Shown here piece after piece: positions 57,815-64,000 of a stretch of DNA of 64,000 nucleotides. Numbering within the stretch: position 1 is the first letter of the stretch; each line of letters opens with the position of its first letter. A model generated the notes under the pieces. That model was not told where the DNA came from. It ran no database searches and worked only from the letters and a program-made list of their open reading frames with translations. Both the position numbers and the translations under genes were made by a program. This DNA comes from a plasmid: the sequence record CP099787.1. One strand, given 5' to 3'.

Positions 57815-58537
57815 CTAATTATTTTCTCTAACAACATAAACAAATGTCGATCTGCCAGGGCTTAGTGTTAAATTTTGAATAGAAACAGCACTTACACCTT
57901 TTCTATAAAATTCCTGCTCTAACAAATTCATTGTTTTATTTGTTAAATTAGTTAGTTGATACATTTCGCCATACATACCGTCGGTATCGTAACGACGCAA
58001 CAAAACAAATTTAGACTCTTTCCACAAAGGGATTTCTGCTTTTACGAACGAACGGGATATCCCGTCTACGGCAAGTGTCTCTTGAGGATTTTCGGCATCA
58101 TCTCCCATGACATACATCAATTCTTTTATTTGCTGTAAATAGGATTGAGATCGTTTGCTTGTGCCCGCACCTGGTTTTGGCGGAACTAATACAACCTCTT
58201 CGGCCCCAACGCTACGTGGCTGCAATACAAGCTTGTAACGGGTTCCTTCATCATCAGTAACAAATAGAGTTATAGGTGTATTCTGGAAATATGGAGATAT
58301 TTTAAAATAGAGAGTCCCTTGCTCTTTATCTGGCAAGGTATCCAAAGCTGTTACATCTGATGGCACTAAATTAACAATTCGTCTTCCATCAACAACAAGC
58401 ACATTTGGCTCTGTATTCGACACAGTTACTTGAACAGTTTCTTGATCAGCTTTAGTAATATGTTGAGCCGCAAATGTAGATGTAGTCAGGAAGATAGAAG
58501 ATATAAACAATGCAATTTTACTGAGTTGCAATTTCAT
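57815..58537 (-). CDS. traK: TraK (VirB9-like secretin-like)
   Basis: A 240-aa product with a signal peptide, positioned between traE and traB. Confidence 0.65.
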   Translation of the reverse strand: MKLQLSKIALFISSIFLTTSTFAAQHITKADQETVQVTVSNTEPNVLVVDGRRIVNLVPSDVTALDTLPDKEQGTLYFKISPYFQNTPITLFVTDDEGTRYKLVLQPRSVGAEEVVLVPPKPGAGTSKRSQSYLQQIKELMYVMGDDAENPQETLAVDGISRSFVKAEIPLWKESKFVLLRRYDTDGMYGEMYQLTNLTNKTMNLLEQEFYRKGVSAVSIQNLTLSPGRSTFVYVVRENN

Positions 58538-59096
58538 CTTTCACCTCATTTAATGAATAAAGACATATCGTTCCCTTACTCATCACAAATTTAGTTTGAA
58601 TCTTTTGTGATTTTTCAGAGACTAAACGATCTGCCAAATAGGTTTTCCTTGTTCCTTCAATGGTTACGGCCTTATCTGCTTCTTGAAAAGTGAAAGCACC
58701 TGAAGATGACCACACACTGGTAAGGCCCTCACGTTTAATTTGTGCTTCAGATTGACTTAAATATTTTTGAATTTGTGGGAAGGATGGTTCACATGTAATG
58801 CCTAGAATTTTTTCAAAGTTCTTGGATACATTTATTGGTGTAACATTGAATAGATAATTAATTACATAGTTTGAAAAATCTAAATAATATTCTTTATTTG
58901 CCGAAGTACTTCCTAAGATATACGTTGGGCCTGAATTATCCGAAGGTTTAATTATTGTTTTGCCACTCAGTGCAAGTACAATATTTGCAATTATTGATAA
59001 AGTAAGTAAGCCTATTAAAGAAAAGATCACATAAGTCTGTGATCTATTTCTTAAATTAAGGCTTTCATTTGATGCTATTCCAACTTCTGAATCCAT
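58518..59096 (-). CDS. traE: TraE
   Basis: A 192-aa product with an N-terminal TM helix, positioned after traL. Confidence 0.65.
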   Translation of the reverse strand: MDSEVGIASNESLNLRNRSQTYVIFSLIGLLTLSIIANIVLALSGKTIIKPSDNSGPTYILGSTSANKEYYLDFSNYVINYLFNVTPINVSKNFEKILGITCEPSFPQIQKYLSQSEAQIKREGLTSVWSSSGAFTFQEADKAVTIEGTRKTYLADRLVSEKSQKIQTKFVMSKGTICLYSLNEVKDEIATQ

Positions 59097-59100
59097 AATG

Positions 59101-59400
59101 TCATCCGAAAAAGTGGCGATTGTTTGATTCAGGCAACTCCTTTAATTTCGGTGAGTTAGCCACCCAGTAAGTTAGGTGGAGCATATAATCAGGATGTAGA
59201 CCTGCTTTAGCTTTATTGAAGTAATAAGCTATTGCGAATCCCACAAAGAATCCCAAGAAGGGATGACCAAAAACAAAACCCAGAATGAAGATCAGAAATG
59301 AAGCTAAAGCAACATCTTGATCAAACATTAAGAACTTTGATTTAGCATCGATGTACGTTGGAACATAATGAGAAAGTTCTACACCTGAAGACATACCCAC
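59101..59400 (-). CDS. traL: TraL
   Basis: A 99-aa product with a central hydrophobic segment, positioned between traA and traE. Confidence 0.6.
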   Translation of the reverse strand: MGMSSGVELSHYVPTYIDAKSKFLMFDQDVALASFLIFILGFVFGHPFLGFFVGFAIAYYFNKAKAGLHPDYMLHLTYWVANSPKLKELPESNNRHFFG

Positions 59401-59415
59401 CCCACTAAAAAGTTA

Positions 59416-59769
59416 TTAGATAACGGCTGTAAACGAACCTGTTACTAACGACACAATAATTCCAACTACAACGGCAGCAACTGCTGGAATTACAATAACG
59501 CGAAGATCACGAGTCCAAGCGAATGCACCAATTGCGAATAATAAACTCGCAAGAATTGCTAATTTCCCGTATGGGCCTTTAATCCAGCCTTCCACTGTTG
59601 TCGCCCAAGTGTTAAATGTAGAACCAACACCTGTACCAGTACCTGCGGTTGATAAAGTCATCCAAATAAGCATTGCTGTGACAACCATCAAGGCGATTGT
59701 TACTGGACGTTTTAGTTTTTTGATATCAAAGTAAATTTGATGTGTTTGAGCTGGAACAACTAATTCCAT
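59416..59769 (-). CDS. traA: F-type propilin TraA
   Basis: A 117-aa product with a long leader and two hydrophobic domains; it is the first gene before traL. Confidence 0.6.
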   Translation of the reverse strand: MELVVPAQTHQIYFDIKKLKRPVTIALMVVTAMLIWMTLSTAGTGTGVGSTFNTWATTVEGWIKGPYGKLAILASLLFAIGAFAWTRDLRVIVIPAVAAVVVGIIVSLVTGSFTAVI

Positions 59770-59819
59770 ATTTTTATTCCTCTTAAGGTTTTAGGTTTTG
59801 CCCCCTTAAATGGGGTTAT

Positions 59820-60056
59820 TTATTTGGCTACTGCCAAATGCTTTTCACTGCGCTCTTGTTGAACGCAACTTTTATTTTCTGGATCACATAGAACAAATTT
59901 TGATTCTCTGCCTTCACCCTTTTGAAGAACATTCACATATCGGGTGATAGGGTTAGGTTCATTCATACTCTGCTGTTTTGTTTCATTTTTTTGTTCTTTT
60001 GCTACTGCTAAGGTTGCGGATCCGCAACATAGTAGAAGCAAAAAAAATCTATTCAT
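59820..60056 (-). CDS. small exported protein (78 aa)
   Basis: Signal peptide MNRFFLLLLCCGSATLAVA. It contains the 16-bp palindrome at 60013-60028. Confidence 0.45.
   Translation of the reverse strand: MNRFFLLLLCCGSATLAVAKEQKNETKQQSMNEPNPITRYVNVLQKGEGRESKFVLCDPENKSCVQQERSEKHLAVAK
60013..60028. repeat. 16-bp palindrome GTTGCGGATCCGCAAC
   Basis: Read directly from the sequence. Confidence 0.85.
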
Positions 60057-60072
60057 TTCATACTCCGTGTGG

Positions 60073-60699
60073 TTAGAATCGAATTATTTGGAAATTTGAA
60101 GTTTTCTTAATTGTTTGATTCACTGAAGAATAATTTGGAATATCTTCGTTATAATTAACTGACTGAGCTTTTATACTTTGAGGTTGTAATGGGGTATAAA
60201 CTGCTGGTAAGCCCGCTTTTCTTTTATAGCCTTCAAAGTATCTTCGAACATCGGCAGAATATTGATTCATTGCCGTATATGCTTTAGAAGCAGGTCCTCC
60301 GTAGTAACACCCTACTGCTCTCCAGACTTCACCAAATTTTTTTAAACAATCAGCAAGAACCCATGAAGCAATTTTTTGAGAAGTACAAGGATCGAATAAA
60401 TCATTACGAGTAATTCCTTGTTTTCTTAAAGCTGGTAAATGAATGGTATTTATCTGCATTAGTCCTAATGCTCTATTGCCATCTTTAAGTAAAGAACCAA
60501 CTGCACCAACATGGCCTCTACTCTCTTTCCATCCAATTGCTTTTAATAAAATAGGATCCGTACCATACATACTTGCGGCTTCATCCCAACAAACAGCATA
60601 TGTTGTTGATGTAACACAAGCTCCAAATACGATTGCTGAAAGTTTTATAATTGAGTTATGTATGTTGTAAGTTTTAGCTCTTTGCATAGCTTCAATCAT
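60073..60699 (-). CDS. lytic transglycosylase (orf169/P19-like), first gene of the tra operon
   Basis: SLT motifs are present (ESRGHVGAVGSL...GLMQI). Its position before traA matches F orf169. Confidence 0.75.
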   Translation of the reverse strand: MIEAMQRAKTYNIHNSIIKLSAIVFGACVTSTTYAVCWDEAASMYGTDPILLKAIGWKESRGHVGAVGSLLKDGNRALGLMQINTIHLPALRKQGITRNDLFDPCTSQKIASWVLADCLKKFGEVWRAVGCYYGGPASKAYTAMNQYSADVRRYFEGYKRKAGLPAVYTPLQPQSIKAQSVNYNEDIPNYSSVNQTIKKTSNFQIIRF

Positions 60700-60722
60700 G
60701 TACGAATTAATATGTTATTATC

Positions 60723-60754
60723 ATACTAAAAAATTACATCAAAGTGCTGCAATT
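60723..60754 (-). promoter_or_regulatory. conserved promoter/operator motif, copy 3 (tra operon promoter)
   Basis: atactaaaaaattacatcaaagtgctgcaatt lies about 25 bp upstream of the transglycosylase start. Confidence 0.5.
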
Positions 60755-60929
60755 TTTTAAAAATAAAACTGCTTGTTTTTATCTATAAATTTCAGTATGT
60801 TATAGATTTCATTAATATATTTTTACATTATTTGTTACAATAGGCATACACTTGCTGAGGTTAAATAAGCGATATTTAACACTCCCCAAGCCATAATGTT
60901 GTTTTTTTGTTTATACAAGCTTAAGAAAA

Positions 60930-61265
60930 ATGGCAAAAAAAGGCATAAATTCTTTAAATCTCATTAATAGTTATGAGTCAAAAATTATGAATGTTAAGTT
61001 ATCAACTGTTGAAGCAGCTCTCAATACTCCGTTAAAACCATTAGAATTAAATTCCGAAGTAAAATGTCCTAAATGTAAAAGTCGGAATCTCATATGCAGC
61101 GTTAGATACCAAACAGCAGATGTAATTCATTTTGAAAATGGATGTTTTCAATTAAAGGAATCAGAAGCATCAAAGATTTTCAAAAAAATTGATCTGGAAT
61201 GTAAAGACTGTGGCAATAAATTTGAAAATGAAAAAGTTAAGACACCCAATGAAGTGTTGTTCTAA
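60930..61265 (+). CDS. zinc-ribbon protein (CxxC...CxxC) (111 aa)
   Basis: The cysteine pairs are CPKCKS...CKDCGNKF. Confidence 0.5.
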   Translation: MAKKGINSLNLINSYESKIMNVKLSTVEAALNTPLKPLELNSEVKCPKCKSRNLICSVRYQTADVIHFENGCFQLKESEASKIFKKIDLECKDCGNKFENEKVKTPNEVLF

Positions 61266-61290
61266 ACAATAAGAATAGAAGGAGTGCAAG

Positions 61291-61722
61291 ATGCAAAGTA
61301 TTGTCAAACATATATTTAGACACTATCTGGTAGCTTTATTAAGTTTAGGAATATTTATTCTGAGTTACTTTGTTGGGATGGTATTTGGTAAATTGCTATT
61401 TAAAAACATGAATGCCGTAGAGATCGGATCTATTTTTACAGCCCTTGCCGTTAATTTTTACCTCTCCCTCCTACTGTGTACCTTCACTTTTGTTGGGCAA
61501 TTTTTTTTCAATTCATTAAAAAAAATTGCAGACACCCCTTTCCAAAATCTCTTAATTCTTTTAACTGGTAGTTTTTGGATGGTTGCTACACGAACTCCTG
61601 AAGTGATTACGAACAATATTCCCTTATATAATTTTAATATTAGCCTAATAACTTTATTTGCATTTATGTTGTTCATTAGCAATTCAAAATTTATAAAAGC
61701 TTTTATTTCTAAACAAGAATGA
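61291..61722 (+). CDS. membrane protein (143 aa)
   Basis: ORF with an SD aaggag and four TM helices. Confidence 0.55.
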   Translation: MQSIVKHIFRHYLVALLSLGIFILSYFVGMVFGKLLFKNMNAVEIGSIFTALAVNFYLSLLLCTFTFVGQFFFNSLKKIADTPFQNLLILLTGSFWMVATRTPEVITNNIPLYNFNISLITLFAFMLFISNSKFIKAFISKQE

Positions 61723-61735
61723 AAAAGTCTCAAAC

Positions 61736-61765
61736 AATTGTTGTTGCGGATCCGCAACAACAATT
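61736..61765. repeat. 30-bp perfect palindrome aattgttgttgcggatccgcaacaacaatt between convergent genes
   Basis: Read directly from the sequence; it is the longest member of the palindrome family. Confidence 0.85.
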
Positions 61766-62402
61766 ACTTTAAAGCTTGAGATGAATTTGATTCGCTATAT
61801 CTCTTCCAAACTAGCTTAACTAAAGAAACACTACAATTTGCTATTAATGCCGTTTTTGAAATACTAATATTCTGCTTTCTTAACTCTACAATTTTATCGT
61901 GAAGTTTTTTGTCAGCTTTTCTACCATTGTAAAGACCTTTATTTTTTCGAAGTTCAATTCCCTCTTCCCTTCTTTTTTTAATTAACAAATAATCTTCATG
62001 TGCCATTTGCAATGCAATTTTTAGCAACATGTCTTGTACTTGATCTAATACAATTTTAGAAATTCCACTAGCATCTTTTGAAAATTCAGATAAATCAATT
62101 ACACCGGGTATTGAAAGTTTTGCACCTTTTTCTTTAATTGCAACAATTAACTTCTCGGCTTCAGGTAATGGTAATCTACTAATACGGTCAATTCGCTCTG
62201 CAATAACTACTTCACCGGCTTGAAGGTCATGTATCATCCTATTAAGTTCTGGACGATCAGGTGTAATACCTGAAGCTTTTTCCCTATAGACTGCTGCAAT
62301 ATAATAACCAGCATTTCGCGCATCATTTATCACCTTCTCTTGTCGCTCAAGATCTTGTTTCTCTGTACTGACACGCATGTAAATACGAGCTACGTTATTC
62401 AA
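61764..62402 (-). CDS. serine recombinase (resolvase/invertase family)
   Basis: The catalytic motif is IYMRVSTEKQDLERQ, and there is a C-terminal HTH. Confidence 0.85.
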   Translation of the reverse strand: MNNVARIYMRVSTEKQDLERQEKVINDARNAGYYIAAVYREKASGITPDRPELNRMIHDLQAGEVVIAERIDRISRLPLPEAEKLIVAIKEKGAKLSIPGVIDLSEFSKDASGISKIVLDQVQDMLLKIALQMAHEDYLLIKKRREEGIELRKNKGLYNGRKADKKLHDKIVELRKQNISISKTALIANCSVSLVKLVWKRYSESNSSQALK

Positions 62403-62658
62403 CAGATCAGACTCCTACATTTATAAACAAATATCATGGGTAACTATAATTGCCATATTTACTATCAATATGGCTTTTTTGGGTATAGTTAAAAAGACCT
62501 CAGAATTATATATGGTTAAAATAGAATTTTGAGCATCTAAAATGGCCTAGCCAACCTTGCTGAGTTATATTGACCAAATATACATATTAAATTATATTGA
62601 TTCAATATAACATCATAAAACTTTATGAATGAGCTGAAAAGCTTATGGAGTACAAAAA

Positions 62659-63318
62659 ATGATCCATGAAAATATCTACATGCATGATGTAATCGATATA
62701 TTCGATGTTTATCAAAAAGACGATCTGCTTAAGAAATCCAAACTAGGACTCATGAAAAAATGGGATACTTTCTCAATTATAGCCATATTTTTATCCATAA
62801 TTGCTTTAATCGGTGGTTCCCTATGGTTAGTTGGTTTAGTTAGTCATGAAAAATCTAATAATGTTGATACTGCATTTATGATAGCAATTAGCGGACTTGT
62901 ATCGATCATTATTAATTACTATTTAAATAAAAAAATAACAGAAATAATTTTAAGAAAAGTTTTTTATTCTTCAAAAGAAAAAGAATTTAAATTATCTAGA
63001 CCAATGTATATTAACTTAGTATTACTTTCAGATTATGAGCGATGTTCAGCTCTCATTGAAAAGGAAATCAATGAAGATATGTATAAAAAGGTATTGTATC
63101 TGAAAGATAATTATAATCTCCCTTTAAAAAAACCAATCGAAAAGATCATGAAAGAAAGAGGGTATATATCCTATTTTGACTATGAATTTTTATTCATAGA
63201 ACATTTTTATAAAAGATTCAAAGATATGGAATTTGAGACGATACAGGAATCAAAGATCTTAGAAGCAAGAGAACGTATCGGTGAAGCTAACAATATCACT
63301 AATGATAAAAAGGAGTAA
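62659..63318 (+). CDS. membrane protein (219 aa)
   Basis: Preceded on the plus strand by an HP2-SD leader (gagctgaaaagcttatggag). Confidence 0.5.
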   Translation: MIHENIYMHDVIDIFDVYQKDDLLKKSKLGLMKKWDTFSIIAIFLSIIALIGGSLWLVGLVSHEKSNNVDTAFMIAISGLVSIIINYYLNKKITEIILRKVFYSSKEKEFKLSRPMYINLVLLSDYERCSALIEKEINEDMYKKVLYLKDNYNLPLKKPIEKIMKERGYISYFDYEFLFIEHFYKRFKDMEFETIQESKILEARERIGEANNITNDKKE

Positions 63319-63460
63319 CAGATTAAAAATGGTTCAAGAGATGTTATTGAATCAAATAAATAATACAATTCGGTATTATTACATTTACTTTTTCTTGAAT
63401 TTTGTAGATACTTAACCTAGATTTTTAAAGAATGAGCTCAATAGCTTAAGGAGATATACT

Positions 63461-63658
63461 ATGGGGTTTAAATTTAGTTTAATTACGCTAATTATTACAG
63501 CATTAGGTGTACTATTTATTTTGGTAGGTTTGTATTGGTACAAATCTAAAAAGTATCAAAATGATTTATGGGTTCAAAATGTAGGCCATATGACTTTAAT
63601 TATCGGTCTATTTCTGAGTATAAATGGCATTGGTTTTTCAATTAAATTTAATCAGTAA
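63461..63658 (+). CDS. small membrane protein (65 aa)
   Basis: SD aaggag; two TM helices. Confidence 0.45.
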   Translation: MGFKFSLITLIITALGVLFILVGLYWYKSKKYQNDLWVQNVGHMTLIIGLFLSINGIGFSIKFNQ

Positions 63659-63884
63659 GAGAGGGTTAATAAATTGGTCCATTATTCTATTTAACAGGAA
63701 TTTCAATTTTAATGGGCTGGCATATATTATTTATCCATAGATTTAATAATCATGTGACACCATGTCTTGCAGCGGTGTTAGCATTATCATTTATGTTAAT
63801 TCAATCCAATTTTCCGCCTTCAATATTACAAATTAATTAACCAATACCAAAATTTTAGAGCTGAAAAGCTTATGGAGTTAAACA

Positions 63885-64000
63885 TGGAATTATTGCAACC
63901 ACTAGACTTAATTAACAATTGTCTTATTACGCTTCCTAATACAGACACTTCATTTTTGAATCCAACATCTATTAATGTAGCAATGAATTGTGCTAGTTAT
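63885..64000 (+). CDS. partial CDS (5' end; continues beyond the window), hypothetical
   Basis: An HP2-SD leader at 63850-63880 is followed by ATGGAATTATTGCAACCA..., which stays open to the window end. Confidence 0.35.

Noticed and set aside
60700-60930. oriT upstream of the tra operon
   Set aside because: No relaxase, coupling protein or recognisable nic-site inverted repeat lies in this window. The region is AT-rich but has no clear oriT features, so none is called.
1-64000. IS elements / transposase genes, rRNA or tRNA genes
   Set aside because: No DDE- or serine-transposase-like ORF was seen apart from the small resolvase. There are no terminal inverted repeats with target duplications, and no rRNA/tRNA-like conserved sequence.

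Overview
This window is AT-rich plasmid DNA that looks like most of an F-like conjugative plasmid backbone. An Acinetobacter RP-T1/RepAci6-type plasmid is a plausible identity, but I cannot verify it without a search. No rRNA, tRNA, CRISPR array, integrase or transposase was recognised.

Roughly 800-29,300 is a long, almost entirely minus-strand array of small, mostly unknown-function genes. Recognisable members are:
- a J-domain protein
- a HigB/HigA-like toxin-antitoxin pair with tandem palindromic operators
- two paralogous lipoproteins
- a possible TelA-like protein
- the partition genes parA and parB
- a split, degenerate N6-adenine methyltransferase remnant
- two PAPS-reductase-like genes, one of them split
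- a DUF2786-like protein
- H-NS, thermonuclease and HicB-like proteins

Next come an epsilon/zeta-like toxin-antitoxin operon (29.3-32.4 kb) and a replicase-family Rep gene with a PriCT-like C-terminal region (32.5-33.7 kb). After those are an orphan umuC flanked by two paralogous HExxH membrane proteins, then a complete MPF-F transfer operon on the minus strand (40.5-60.7 kb). That operon runs from an orf169-like lytic transglycosylase through traA, traL, traE, traK, traB, dsbC, traV, traC, trbI, traF, traW, traU, trbC, traN, trbB, traH and traG to an SLT-domain protein. A serine recombinase and the start of a plus-strand gene array lie at the right end.

The notable non-coding structure is:
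- A conserved structured 5' leader present about 29 times. It is a hairpin with an invariant GGAUAGGCU loop, followed by a second short hairpin abutting a Shine-Dalgarno sequence, and shows compensatory and G-U changes consistent with an RNA structure.
- A roughly 425-bp GC-richer, heavily self-complementary repeat with two full and two truncated copies.
- A dispersed family of at least 11 perfect palindromes around the core TTGCGGATCCGCAA.
- A shared promoter/operator motif in front of rep, the tra operon and the zeta-like operon.
- A candidate antisense RNA in the rep leader.

At least five genes (traN, traB, traG, trbB and the zeta-like gene) look interrupted by single-base frame shifts. 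Several of these sit at homopolymer runs, so assembly error and genuine pseudogenisation must both be considered.
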